A DNA stretch of 51,615 nucleotides, counting the filler, from Dirinaria sp. TL-2023a (lineage: Eukaryota): NCBI GenBank assembly GCA_051941275.1. It is 2 parts of 2 records of this genome, joined end to end, with 100 filler letters (N's around TTAATTAATTAA, not from the genome) between each part and the next. Parts side by side here need not be neighbours in the genome. Positions count along the whole stretch, not along the records: positions 1 to 25,791 come from JAVEBF010000169.1; 1 more part is not named here. The stretch is one strand, 5' to 3'. The translations under genes and the position numbers were made by a program. Positions within the stretch are counted from its first letter, which is position 1; every line of letters begins with the position of its first letter. The notes beneath the pieces are model-generated. The model did no database searches, was not told the origin of the DNA, and was given only the letters and a program-made list of their open reading frames with translations. This document shows positions 1 through 13,580 of the stretch, piece by piece.

Positions 1-3000
1 GGGAAGAGAGGAGCAGGTCGACGATGATGGAGGCGGTTAAGTCCACGGGGATCCAGGAGATGGTGTTCATGCTTGGGAGGGTGGTGGGGATTTTGGAGAG
101 GTATTTCGAGGAGGCTATTATCTGATTTTTTCCCGGGTAACTTATTAGTTATGTGTGTGTGCGGGGTGAGGGCGGAGGGAGAAACTTACACTGGGCAACC
201 ACTCCTGCTTGCCCCATACCCCTTCCTTGACCACCGGCCCCGCGAGCTGGCCCACGCGAACAATGGCGGCCGAGATCCCGGATTGCTCCGTCGCGGCCTC
301 CAGGAGCCGTTCGGCGATGTATTTCGACTCGCCGTACCCCATCGCCGCGGGGATGCTGAAGTCGTGGAAGGCGTGTTCCGGCACTTTCTCGTCCGGGTGC
401 TTGAGCGGCCAGTTGTTCAGCGTGGAGACGCTGGATGTGAACAGGATCGGCGGCTTTCGGGCAGATTGATGGGACAGTTCGATCAAGTCCCGCACTCCGG
501 CGATGTGGGGCTGGAAGGATTCGAGGCTGAGATTGAAGTCTACCTGCCATTGGTTGTCTTTTTGACGGATTTTGAATTAGCTGAAGTTGGAAAAGGGAGG
601 TAAGGGTAGGCGGTTTGCTTACGGATTATGAAAGAGGCTTCTTCGACCAGAGTCTCGTACGCCTGAGCATCCAAGCCGAGTTTGGGTTTCCCCAGATCCG
701 TTCTGAAGAACCGGACTTTGTCTCCCCATTCAGTGATCAGACCCCGAGATGCATTGACGCTCTTCTGTTTGTCTTCGCCGTGAACGCCGCGGTTGAGGCA
801 GATGATCTTCGATACTTTCGCGGAGCTTAGCAGCGCGTCGAGCAGATACGATCCAAGCGAGCCAGTGCTACCGGTAAGGACAACGGTGACGCTCTCGTCC
901 TTGGGTGCTTTGACCTCGGCCGTGGCTTTGGGAAGATCCTTGGAGTATTTAGCCAGCATTTCCTCCATGCTCTTAATGCGCTCCTCTTCCATCGCTTTGT
1001 ATACATCTCCACCCTGCGCTGTGAGTTGGTGGAGAGCACTTGCGAGCTTCGTGGCCGTAGGGTTCGAGTAAATGAGTCTCGGGGTGATCAAGTGCGGAGC
1101 GATCCCTCCTTCTTCCCCCGTGAAGGAAGACTTCAGCTGCCGTACGAGATTCATGACCTGCAGAGAATCCATTCCTGCGGTAAAGACATCCTGCTCAGGA
1201 CTCAGGTCTTTGAATCCAAGAATCGCGCTCAGAGACTCCAAGATGGCTTTTTCGAGACCGGGCAGATCCCTACCGTCCAGCTGCACGGTGGACAAGGATG
1301 TCGCAAAGACCTCGGCGTCCGCATAGATCTGGTCAATCTCATGCTCATATGCCTTCGCTGTTGCGGCTCGCTTGACAGTCCCTTTGTCAGTCAAGGCCAT
1401 CGATTTGCCAGCTTTAGTGAAACCAATCCATTCCGGTAGGAGTCTCGCGAACCTCGGAGCCGCTTGGTTGGCCTCGTCAAGGTACGGCTTCAGCGAGTCG
1501 AGCATCTCCTTTTTCGCCTTGTCCGACAATGAAGGCTGGCCTCTGAGCTGGATCAAGGCCGCTGGCTGGAATCGGGCTTGGCCAACTACCAAAATGTGAG
1601 CCACATCTGGATGAGATTGCAGTGTCGCTTCCATGCCGCCCGGATTGAACTTTTCCCCATTGGAAAACACGATCATGTTGTCGGCTCTGCCTTCGTATCG
1701 CCACAGGTTGGGTTTTGTAGGGTGCTTGGAAAACAAGTCCCGTGGCTCGTACTCTTGACTGTCGGGAAACGTGTACCATACTGAATGGTAAGGGTCTGTG
1801 GAAGGATGGCGAACAAAGACCTGCTCATAGAGAGCACCTTCAACTTGACGAAATTCTATGCCTTTCATTTCAGGATCGAAGTGGAAGTAGATCCAATCCT
1901 CTGGCTCCTTATCATAGAGCGGTAGGAAAGCTGCTTCTGAGGAGCCGATGACATTGTGGAGTATTGCGTATTTGGCAATCGTGTCACCAGCACGCTGGGC
2001 AAGGGGACCTAAGTCTGCAGTCAGCATGTGCGGGGAAACCCAGTGTTCTTGCCAGAAAGTCCTACCGCCTCCGAATTTGATATAGGTGCATTTGGCCAGC
2101 TTTTCCAGGGAGGTTTGCGACTGGCTCATTTCCTCAAGTAGGGAAGGCGCTAGGAAACATGTGTCTGTCTGGACATTGTCGAGAACTTCCTCCACCAATT
2201 CTGCACTGATTGGCCGATCTGCAGGCGGCCAAACGATTGTCTGCGCATAGCATAACGGCAAAGTAAGAGCGCTCAGTATGCCTGCCATCTGTGCTATCAC
2301 TTTAGCAAATGGAGGTTATCACAGAAGACAGATGGTGATCTTCAATCACTCACATGAAATGGAGGCAGGCCGGCAAATACGCGCTCAGGGCCTCTGGCCT
2401 TTGAAATCGTAAGTAATGGCCGGTATCCGTTCAAGTTAGGCATTTCATGGTGCGTATCCAGAGTTGCAAGGCCTCCGTGACGCAAGGTGATGGGCTTTGG
2501 CATGCCGGTGGATCCAGAAGTGTGGATCACGATGAAAGGGTCATGAGCTGCCTCCTCGAACGATTTCTCGAATGGGTAGGGCGCAACAGACTCTTGACTG
2601 ACCCAGTCATCAAAAGTGCGGATGGTAGCATGCCACATGGAACGCTTGGCCAAGATGTGATCCACTTTGCTCCCCGGCGCACTCAGCATGTAGTGACATT
2701 GGGTAGATTCGAGCAATGAGAGGAGGCCTTCGACACTATTACGTGGGGAAGGTAGCAGTGTCTTGATCCCGTATCAGTTTGATGCTGTTCAGGTTTCTGA
2801 GTGGTGACTGACCTTATAACCTGCCTTCGTAGCAGCCAAAGCAATGACAAAGTATCTAAGGTCCGCTACAAATCGTCAGAGGCGGATTTTAAATGGTTCG
2901 GTAGAGTAGTGACTCACTGGGGCCAATGTAGGCAATTGTGTCAAATTTCGTGCTTTTGCCAGCTGTAGAGTCGATCCGATGGGCAACTTCATTCACTGCT

Positions 3001-3173
3001 CGAGCAAAGGACTCGATGGTGATATCGCGGAAGCCATCTGCGAGATCTGCGGTTTTGGGAATCATTGCAAAGACATATTCAGGATTGGTTCGAGCGCATT
3101 CATCCACCAAAGCTGGCAGCAGCCTCTTTCCATATTCCACCTGGGTCGTAGCCTTGGAAGTTTGTTCCATCAT
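1..3173 (-). CDS. NRPS-like A-T-R enzyme (adenylation, thiolation, NAD(P)-dependent thioester reductase; carboxylic acid reductase-like), 3' end beyond window
   Basis: Exons approx 3173-2918, 2865-2813, 2761-2354, 2288-2066, 2008-623, 557-190, 121-<1, all GT-AG. A-domain motifs LPSPRNS, IHTSGSTGMPKP, DLFSKHP, GRADNMIVFSNGEKFNP. Ppant site FTAGMDSLQ. Reductase VVLTGSTGSLGSY and YxxxK (GYGESKY), RVGQLAG. Confidence 0.93.
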
Positions 3174-4872
3174 GGTTGATCAGAAGGATAGAGCAGTTGT
3201 AGTAATGATCTTGCACGAGAGTCTGAATGGTGAGAGCTTTTGAATTCGTCGTCACGTCGGGCTTTATATGTACGAAGCAGCAGAGCTCAAGAGAGAAGGA
3301 TCGAAGTGCTTTGCGGCACCAACGGAAGGAGTACATTGTGGAGGGAAGAGCTCTGACGACACGTGTAGAGAAGAGATAATGGATGTTCTCGTGGCCCTGT
3401 CAATGGTGATCGATGCCCCGCGTACTCCGTACAAGAAAGGTGAAGAAGATCGCGGGTCACTTTCCGAAAATCCGAGTATGCAGCATGCAAGGTGAAATGG
3501 CTGGAGTGCTGACTGATCAATGATCCCGGTTTTGCTGCTTGTCAGGTGGTTACGGGTGGCACGGCTATGAATAGCCACGGGAGCGGCAATGTTGGTGTGT
3601 ACTTCAGCCCTGAAGGTTTTACGAGATTTTGGAGAAGTACCTTTTTACCTGGTATTATTCAAAGCCAATCAAGGTCAGAAGCCACTCCGAGTGCTGCAGC
3701 TCAACATTTGCATGGTGTGACAGACTGTAGAAAGTGCACTTGACCAAATCCCTGTTGAAGGACATGTTGAACTGCATCGTCAATTTTGATCGTAGACGAT
3801 ATGTTTTGATCTTGAGCCTTTCTCGAGAGCGGCCTCGGTGCAAGGAGCCTCTCAGTGAATGAGATTGAGTCAATACTATGAGAACTACGCAGAACCTTCA
3901 AACCTGGAAGACATTTGGGCATTCGTGGTGACGATTCGAAGACGTGCCGCCCGGAGCGCGATGTGTGTCGCAGACCAACTTGAAGGAGAAAATCAAATGC
4001 CCCATTTCCCCGCATCTGCATCTTTTATTCAGGCATTTTCCCTGGCTCGGTATCAGTCGGTTCAGTAGTTCACTCGCGGCCGATAAGCGACGTACTTTAG
4101 ATAAAGTCCAGAACCTTAGAGTCCATGTACGCGGAACGCTCCCGCTCCTCCTACTCAAAAGCATCTACGGCCCAGCGAGTATCGACGGGAATAGCGTGAC
4201 AGGCTCGGGAATAATATCTTAACCCGGCTTATTCCAGTGATGATTGTCACCCGCTGAGCACGGGGACGTGCCGAAAGTCGGATTTTTCATCATTTCACCC
4301 CAGTTGCGACCCACCGCCGAGGGATCATTCGGCCAGGAGTGCCAGATTGACGGATCTGTGTGTGGTTTTGTCAAGATAATGGGGTGGATGGGAACCATGT
4401 GAGAGAGTGTCGTTGACCGATGACACCCAGTCATAGAATCGTCGTCCTAGGCTGGGGTTGGTCCATGTCACGAAGCGAGTCGCACTCCCAACGATCTAAG
4501 CATTGTACTCTGGAGGTGACTGTAGCGATGCGGGAATCATTGCGTGTACTCGGCCAGCGCAGCCCTCTTTGAACCCTGGTTGGAGGTCGCTGAGGTACGA
4601 GACACCAGACAAGCGGATGGCACACATGAGAGGGGAGAAAAGAGAATGGCTTAGTATATATATACAGCTGTAGAGGTAGGGAGGTATCAACAAGAGATTT
4701 CAATCATGATTATAAGTACTCACACCCCAACAGTCGCTACTGAATCCCAGACAATATAGAGCCTTTTCGAATCCCATTAAGCCATCTAATGTTCAGCCAA
4801 ATCAGTCCGTCCATACTTTTTATCAAGTCGTGTCCTTGACCAATAAACCTTTGGCTCCTGCAACAGGGACAT

Positions 4873-5725
4873 TTAGGTGCAGATGGAAGAGCAGAGATCG
4901 CTGCCAGACTGGATATTTTCGGTTGTACAGAGGTTGGCGTCACCGAAAGGGAAGTTGATATAGGCATCGCATTCATAGCCTGGCTTACAGTCGGCATTGG
5001 AAGAACAGACATTGCAGCTCGGGCAAGCTGGCGCGGGAGCAACAGTGGATGTTGCTGTAATTGTGGACGTCTGGGATAGTATCAGCCTCACGAGGTTCCG
5101 AAGCGAACAAGGGCCCAAGGAAAAAACAAGGCGTGAAGGTCGGTAAAGTTGAGAATTGGCTCAGGATGGGGATGCAAGACTTACGGTAGTGGTGGTAGGT
5201 GCGGTGGAAACAGTCGTCAGTGTACTCGACGTAATACTGAGACAGTTGCATGCGGAAGTTAAGCGTGTGGCTGGAGGGCTATACTGAGCAAGGCACGACG
5301 GTGCCGGTTTGGTCGTTGCCCTCGCTTCAACCATGCGACGGTTTAGGACCACGCTGGTCGCGTCAGGACCGACGATGGTAATTGGAGATCCAGCATAGAT
5401 GGTGGTGGCGGGTTGGGAGCCACGTTTTGCAACCGCTGGAGAGGTTACAGTCACTGTGATCGTTGTTGTGGAAGTTCTGTATTGTTGGATTAGTACGTAT
5501 ACAAACTCCTTGGATTGAAACGCACGCGATGGGTGTGGTAGTCGCTGAGTACGACGTCACGACTCCTTTGGACAGATAGGAACTGCAGTACGGTGTCGCA
5601 GTGGCCGGCGCACCGATGAGGCATCTCAGAACGTTGTCATGGTTGCACGTGTCCCTTTCCTCGAGTGGGGAGCCGATAGCCAAGGCAAGAAAAGGAAGCA
5701 TCACAGATAAAGTGGCGGAAAGCAT
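4873..5725 (-). CDS. Small secreted Cys/Thr-rich protein (~229 aa), cell-wall/effector-like
   Basis: Exons 5725-5526, 5476-5185, 5070-4873 join in frame. Signal peptide MLSATLSVMLPFLALAIG, Cys motifs CNHDNVLRC..PYCSSYL and SACNCL, Thr-rich linkers, 8-Cys C-terminal module. Confidence 0.8.
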
Positions 5726-6883
5726 CTTGAACTGAGCAGACAAGGTTGAGTTGTATATACAGAAGAGAAGAAAAGATAGCCTGCCGTGAAGAGTGGATAT
5801 TAGAACTCAGATATGTAGACAATCACAGGCGTCGGGCGTTGAATATATAGACAACAATTACCTCTTGGATCCCCTAGAATTGATGTAAGTACCGATTTAA
5901 GAAGCACACTAGTCAAGTAATTTTGTACAGGAAATCCCAGTGATTGATTGCTTGTGTTAGGGAGCCACGCTATGTCATCTGTTCGAGCGGATTAATACGA
6001 GCATAGATTAAAGGTTATAGACTTATAGTGTCTCGTAGTTCTGCACTTTCATTAGCTCAGATGAATGTAGCTGGACTTTCGTTCATCAAATTCTGCCCGA
6101 GCCATGTACTACTAGACACAGTACTTAATACTTATCCTACTAATGAAGTTCTACTACTGACGCTTGAAAGCTTCGACTTGAGGCTGAGAGGCACGTGGTC
6201 TACTGGTCCAGTCTAGCTCTTCCAGATCAGGATGCAACCGGTCGCACACCTTCGCGTCAGATTACCCGATGAAGGCTTCGGGCTTGCGCCAAGATGGATT
6301 ACTTGCACCAGACTATTGAAATCTACCTGTATGGATACATCATTAGCATGATTCTTCTACTGAAAAAATCGACCATTGGGGTACCTTACGTTGTCAATAT
6401 TCCTACTCATGCTTGTGACGCCATACGGAAGGGAATAATGCATCGCAAAGCGTCGTGCGCGGTATCCTCACGAGTGCTGCTGTAACCGCAATCCTATGTA
6501 CAGCTCAGCCTTCTTGAAAGTGCTTTGTTTAATGAAAGACAACCTTACCTTCCTTCATCGCCGGTTTCAAACTTAAGCACTAAGTCAGCTTGGCACTATC
6601 CGAAAGGGTGTGGCGAAAAAAACGTGTGCTGTATGGGGTAGGTATGGTAATTTCCTGCAGCACTTAGCCTCTTCCATGCAGCCTATTTTTCCCAGGGTTG
6701 GTGCCGAGGTGCTTGGTAGGTCAAAAATGGAACCTTCAAGATAGCGTTAGGGTTATTTGGTCAATTTTGCAGGGTTATCGCGATTAACACATGCCTGAGA
6801 GTATGGTTACTGGGCCAACAAAATGGTTGATTTTTTTCGACGACATGTGATTTTCTACTACAGTACTTCGAGATACACCTGTT

Positions 6884-7900
6884 CTATATGTAAGTGGAGG
6901 GTTCAGAATCAATGAGCGATAATTTTACAAATGCGAACCAGTTCGAGAAAGGGAACCCTTTGTCCAGTGCGAAAGACCAGAGCTTCCGAGACGAAGTCGG
7001 CACTTCGCTAACGCAATTAGATGTGAGGGTTATGATCATGATTGTGACCATGATGTTGGTCGCAGCATAACTTTTCATGGTATTGTAAGACACTTGGATA
7101 AAGGGATACCCAGTCGACATGTCAACAACAGCGGAAAGATCCCCAAGGCAGAAACACATCGTGATAGCCATCAGGAGACCCATCGCTCCATTCAAATAAA
7201 CGAACCACATCATGGATCTGGGTAAGGTCTTCCCAGCATCCTCGGTTTCTTCCACTAAGGCTTTGTATCAGTTCTGGATAGTGAAGAGGTGGGATACTAA
7301 CACATGTGGACCACGCAGTCAAAGCCACATAAGGAACCCATCGGTGTATGCAAACCAATCATAGCAGACAAACCAGTCCTAGGCCATCCGCCCCCATTCG
7401 TAAAGGTCAAAAGAGCCTCAGAAGATGCTGCGGCTAGGTCTGGGGATGAAAGATCGTTATCGACACTCAGCAATTCAATGGTCGGCATTTCTGATCAGAC
7501 TATCAAAAATCGAGACTCCTTTTCGTTCATTGAGTCTACAAAACATCTGAACTTGTGTGCTTTCTCTACGTCAAGGCGTTGTCCCGATAAAGGACCGACG
7601 TTTCAAGGCTTGACACACGCCCGACCTCTTTACGATATCAATCTCTCGAACGGTAGCGTTGGGCGCTACAACATTCGCTTGAAATGGAGATCTTAAAGGC
7701 AGTATCTGGAGCGAGTCCCAGGCTTCGTGGTATGACGACTCCAAGGGCACAGCTGCATTTCCGCTTCGTAAGCTCAGCAGGGCCTCAATGAGTGCTGTAG
7801 GTCCAGTAGTATCACTACTTGATCCGAAACCCAAAACAAACAATACCTGGAATTCCTTCTCTAACCTCTGCTTAAATATCATGTGTGCATGTGTCGTTGT
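6884..7900 (-). pseudogene. Fragmentary APC-family amino-acid permease (GABA/choline transporter-like)
   Basis: Recognisable pieces: RLEKEFQVLFVLGFG (~7870-7820, N-terminal-like), FTNGGGWPRTGLSAMIG..GFDCVVHM (~7420-7300), EETEDAGKTLPRSMMW..GYPFIQV..SSRKLWSFALDKGFPFSNW (7255-6930). Most TM helices and the C-terminus are missing. Confidence 0.7.
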
Positions 7901-8184
7901 CCAGACGCCTTTCTGAGCGTATGCCTGCACGAGCCAATAGCAAGGAGCAATCAGCAGAATTTTCTACGCCCTCGAAGGCCCATTCTCTTCACAACTGGAC
8001 GCTACGCGTTGGGAAATTCGCAGGCTCTGTTTAGTCAATGAAAGCCTGCATTTGGAACCAAAAAACTGATATCATGATTGGAAACATACAGCACGTCTAC
8101 CCACGAAAAGACCTTTATAATCTAGCTAAGGGAGACTCTGTAACAGACGCGATGCCGATCCAGATATATTGAGACCCTAAATCC

Positions 8185-9400
8185 TTAAGCTGCTTGACCC
8201 GTTGACACTCTAGGAAGAACTAACCTATCTTCATACCAGTTTCGATTATAAGGGGCTCCAGCAAATATCACGCGATATCGAAGGTCTGTTGGCAAATCTT
8301 CGTCACTGAAAGTCTGCCGAGCATCAATCAAGAGACCAAAACCAGCATCGACGAACAACTGACATCGATTTCTGTGGAAGGTTTCGTCACATAACGCTTG
8401 CCGAGAAGCTTCTCGCTCCATTCGACTTGACGGGCCTTGCGCAGCGCAGCTCGCTTCTCAGGGTCTTCTTTTTTCTCTGCTTCGATTGCTTCTAAGAGCT
8501 CTGCCTCCTGCCTCTCGTACTCATCCACGTCATCGTCACAGTCCGGTTGCTTGTTCAGCGTTGAGTCCTTGCCTGCAGAGACCCCGTTTTGGGCGTTTCC
8601 TTCCCTGTAGATACATTTCAGCGTTGACATTACATAGGGTTGAATAATATGGAGAAACCGAAGATACATACATTATGGTGACGTTCATGTGATGTTGAAA
8701 GATCAAGGGGGAATCAAATGAAGGAAAGCCACAAGCGAAGGGGTCAGCTTACCTTATGAATCCGGTCTCGCCTGCGTAAAGCGAGGGTTGGTGATGACTA
8801 ATGAAACATGGGAAGAGGCGCTAAGCTGGATTTGGCCATTGTCAATGCTACCCTCTCAGCCTCTCTTCAAGTAATCTTACTATCTTACATTATTCTGTCC
8901 ATCTCGTATTCATTCATTGACACTTCCGTGCCTTCTCTGTGTAACCACATGAAATGAGCATAGCCTCTAATGAAGTCACTGATTACTGTATCTTGTAATG
9001 CAGGTAAGCCACCTGCCCGTTTTTCGTTGGATACGCTCAAGCGAGCGCGCCGCTGGGGGCGTTAGCTGTACGCCTTTCTTGTGATCGGATGTCAGCCGCG
9101 AGAGGAGCAGAATATCCAGAATCTCGTCATGCCAAGAGAAAGCTCGTTCAATTGCCTCAATTGCACAGCAAATCGCCATGGCTGCAGTTGACATTCCAAG
9201 GGAAGGAACCCTGCCGTACGCATGCCCACCTCCTTTTCGTACTCCATCTTCACCCCTTCATAGTTGTATTTGTCGGCACCAACCATTGATTTTAACCAAT
9301 GACCTAACGAGCTCTACCATGCCTGTGCTCAGTTCCAGTTTCTCTCCCCAAGCTCGCTCTCGGGCATGTCTACTTGATACATCGTGATTTCAACTGTTCT
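8185..9400 (-). pseudogene. Decayed hypothetical gene(s)
   Basis: Protein-like segments continue across frames (YERQEAELLEAIEAEKKEDPEKRAALRKARQVEW then QLFVDAGFGLL..; KYNYEGVKMEYEKEV then AMAICCAIEAIERAFSW). No coherent full-length model found. Confidence 0.35.
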
Positions 9401-10188
9401 TAGGCTTTCATCTTCTCAATGCTCGAACAATCATCGTTCCATGGCTTGTTTCTTTTCGACACATTGACGTCAGCCTGAACGGTCAAGCGCAGCAAATTCA
9501 GTTTGGTAAGGCTGAGGCGCTAACCGCTGAATTCTGCTTCGACCAAAACATGTTCGTGTTGCAATCGCTAAACAATATACTTGAGGCAACAGATATCTGG
9601 CCCTGATATGACGGCTTGGCTCACATGGTCGCCTAGCTCAGCCGATTCATTATCGCTATCGACATGGTTGGACATCCGATCGGATGTAACAGTCAGGCGG
9701 CCACAAGGCTCCACTCGAGCGCCCAGTGGCCCAAAGACCCTGGAATATTCACGGATATGTCTGCGGCCATGTTTCGGAAAGAGCTCTACATAGTTGGATC
9801 CTTTCTCGGCGGGACTTACATTTGAGCACAGCAAATCTGGATATCTACCACCAACAGTGTTCTGCTCACTGCCGATCTGCCATGGCGTGGACAGAATGAT
9901 GCCAAAACACTAACACTTTACACGAAGACGTTTCGTCCAATATCGATTGGCTCAGAGATGAAGGAATTTGTCTGCTACTAGATCAAGGTGTTTCGATGAT
10001 CACCGGATCATTACGTTTGATGTTGGCCTAAACGTCATTGTGTCTTGATAGAACGTGGAAGATCTAAAGTCAGCACAGGCGAAGAATGTATATAAGTCGG
10101 CAATACCAGTCTTTACCTGTCTCACCTACAACTCACTTAACAGAGACTGGTTCCCTGAAGCTTTTAATCATTTCTTTTTTGTCACATT

Positions 10189-12028
10189 ATGTATTTACTG
10201 CAGAATTCCTACCCTCTATGGCTGGCATTACTTGCTACAGTCCCTACTCAGCTGGTCTGCGGTAGCGTACTGGGCGTAAAGGAGGTAGGAAGCCGACAAG
10301 AAAGACGGATGGTACCATGTGAAGCGTCGGAAAACTGTGGTATCTTATATCCAAGGGGATCAGGCCCAAGTGGCTCTGGTGTTGCTGGTAGCACAGCCAC
10401 AGGATCAAGTGGTGCTCAGTCGACTGGCTCGGTGGGCCCGCAATCGAGGTATCTGATCATACCAAAGACTGGAAGCTCCAAAAAGGACACGGATAATGTC
10501 TCTGCCGATCTCAAGAAAATGGTGAAGGGAAAGAACACGATCTATTCGAAGAGTGACGATAGTCTTGGGGTTTTATTTTGGACCGCCAATATCTCGCCCT
10601 CTGACGCAGATCGACTGAAGAAGAGCCATACTATTGTTGGTTTCTCCCCCGCATAATGACACCATGCGCTAACAAGATCAGCTTTTAAGTGTGAAGGCGG
10701 ACAAGATCATCCGCATCCAGGATCAGCCTGATCATCCTGATCCATCAAATAATGCAACAAAGAGAACAATATCAGCCGCGAACCGAGTAGAAAGACACCT
10801 AAAACGAGCACCTGAAGACAATCTCATACGCCAATCCAACGCACTCCCCCAGTTGAAAGTGGTTTCTCAGCCATCTAAAGAAGACAAAGTCGACGACCTC
10901 AAGAACTTTGTGTATCGCAAGGAGGCGGGGAAAGGCGTGACTGTGTACATCTTCGACGACGGTGCGAATAAAGAGCATAACGTGAGTGTCCTCTGTTTCA
11001 TCGGCCGATAAGTCTAATTAGACGAAACTAGGAATGGAAGAATCAGCCAGGAAACAAGAGATGGATTCACGCTGGAGATCCCAACGACGACCGTTATGTG
11101 GTATCTGGTACCGAAGACGACCAAGCAGTGGACGGCCACGGAACCTGTGTCTACTCAATGGCTGTGGGACCTAAATACGGGATTGCTAAAGAAGCTGACG
11201 TGGTCATCGTGAAGCACGCCAAGCTTAAGAAGCAGCCTAAGGATGATGGCGGTAAGAATGGCGACGGTAGTGATAGCAGCAGTGACGACGAAGAAGACAC
11301 TCTGGAGTCGGCAACGCTTGACGGCATGGCTAAGATTCTCGAGGACATCAAGGAGAAGAAATTGCAGAAAAAGGCCGTCGTCAATTTGTCGTGGGGAGTG
11401 AGCGCGCAGCTGGAAGAAGCGTCAAAGACAAAGCTTCACGACATCATCAAGGAACTTCTCGAGAATGATGTTGTAGTGGTCACAGCAAGTGGAAATGAAG
11501 CGGTATGCTATCAGATCAAGCCAGGAACGCATAACTAACCGTAACATCTGATAGGATGACGAGAACCACAAGGAGATCGACGACTATCCCGCGCTGTTTA
11601 GAAAAGATCTGAAAGACCTGATCGTGGTAGGCGCAGTTGACAACAATGGCAAAACGTGGTCAGACTCTCAAGGGGGCGACCTCTTAGACCTTTCCGCACC
11701 CGGCGTCGATATAATCTGCGCCGATGGAAAGAAAAACATACCACAGAAACAAAGCGGGACTTCTTTCTGTAAGTTATACATCATATAATCCTTCCATGCG
11801 CGGAGGAAATTGAAAGTTAACGATGAATCCGCAGCAACCGCATCAGTCTCCGGGCTCGCAGCATACTTCCTCTCTCTTCCAGAGCTTAAAGATGAGCTGC
11901 AGGTCGAGGGGAAGACGGCCGAAAAAGTCAAAGAGCACATCCTCAAGCTGGCATATCCGAGAATCGACGGAGAAGTCAAGGTTCTATACAACGGCGAGAA
12001 GTCGGATCTCAAGACAGACAAAGCGTAA
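10189..12028 (+). CDS. Secreted subtilisin-like serine protease (peptidase S8)
   Basis: Exons 10189-10635, 10682-10981, 11032-11502, 11555-11768, 11835-12028. Signal peptide and propeptide. Catalytic Asp (VYIFDDG), His (DGHGTCV), oxyanion Asn (ASGNE), Ser (SGTSF|STASVSGLAAY across the last intron). Confidence 0.9.
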
Positions 12029-12589
12029 GCGAGCTGTAGCATCATCGGGCTACTGATGCCCTCTGTCAGTCGTTACAGGAAGAAAAGAATCGCGTGGGTT
12101 GTGTGCTGTATCGTTTGGCAGGAACTCCAAATGAACAGCATTGTTGGGAATAGTATTAGCAGCGCTAGTGCTACATTGGGATGTCATAGAGAGACTTAGC
12201 GAGCTGGACTCGATAGCGAGCTGGACTCCTACTCCTGGCAAACAAATTCTCACCCAAATAACTCTATTCTCGCTGTATCAATTGAGAAACTATTCTGAGC
12301 ACTCTGGAGTGAAAGTTTTGTAAGAAAATCGCGCTCCAAGGCCACTTTGGCCAAGGTAATTAATACTAGTCAGGATTTTCTTGGTCAGACGTGTAGCTCT
12401 CTACGCGAACCGTTGCAGGCTTTGAGGTATATAGGTGACCCCGGCGGGCACCTTGCGAGAATCATGATGACCTTCCATTTCTTTCCAACAGAAATCGCGA
12501 CGCTCGTGCACAGTAATAACACCTATGCTGGAAGATATATTTTCATGCTTCATAATTCTTATCTTCCAAGAAAAAACCTCCATAGAATC

Positions 12590-12972
12590 TAGGCTCCCAC
12601 TGCCGCCCACACCACCATACTCTACTGGCACACACCATCCTTCCCCGCTAAATACTCATTTTCACGTGCTGTTGTATTCGATCTCTTTGATGTCTCGGAA
12701 TGAAGTATATTCACTTTTCTGCTTTCGACAGAGTGCGAGTTTCTTTCAAGCAACGACGATTTCACGAGATGACGATGAACTGATTTCATCACGAATGTGT
12801 CATCGTCGAATAGATAAATTGTTAAAGCAGGTTGAAGGTGTTGGGAAGGAAAAAGTGAGACCGACGTTATTATTGACAGATGAAAAGTGGGCAGGACGGT
12901 GTGGGCAGCAAAAAGTGAAGGTGGTGTTTCAGCAAAGTATAGTAGGGTGGTGTGGCGGTAGTGATTGTCGTA
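12590..12972. mobile_element. Non-autonomous TIR element (MITE-like), copy 1
   Basis: Imperfect terminal inverted repeats: CACTGCCGCCCACACCACCATACTCTACT (from 12598) versus AGTATAGTAGGGTGGTGTGGCGGTAGTG (ending 12963). No convincing ORF. A second inverted copy lies at 25351-25790. Confidence 0.8.
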
Positions 12973-13580
12973 AATAATCAACAACCTCTACATAGAAGAA
13001 GTAATAAGAAAATTAGACGATATGCGGAGTCCAATTAGGTCACCAATCTCCATAGTTTTGAATTTTATATATGGTGCTTCTTTATTAAAGAATAGAGATA
13101 ATATTCAGAATGAAGATGTATATTCATCAGCGTATCAATGGTCTCAGTTGCACATATATTAGATAAGCGAACGTCAATGATCCTGATGACCTACCTAGGT
13201 ATGAACATGTAGACTTTGCACTCTAGCCGAGCTTGGTATTTAGTGAGAGGCATCGGCTTAGTTGAGGATATATATCTCTCTTTTTGTCTCGTGTTGATGA
13301 CGGTGGTAAGAGGCCTGGCAAGGCTGAGGGTGTAACAGAGCCAGCGTCTGCAGAAGCTTGATATAGCGTTTCACGGTTTATAAGTGAGAGAGTGCTTGAT
13401 AATAGATATATAGGAAAACCATTATGAATAAACAGTGTCATTAGCGAAAGTCGCTGAAGGGAAAATTCCTACAAGTGAGCACTAATCTTCGACCTCAAGG
13501 GCTGCCAGTTCAAAAACCTCCGGTAACCCGTCCAAAAGCGATACTAACCAAAACCCCCCCCCCAAAAAAACGGCCGTTGG

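Noticed and set aside
12525..12984. 150-aa and 120-aa ORFs over the MITE
   Set aside because: No transposase motifs, and the frames are not preserved in copy 2.
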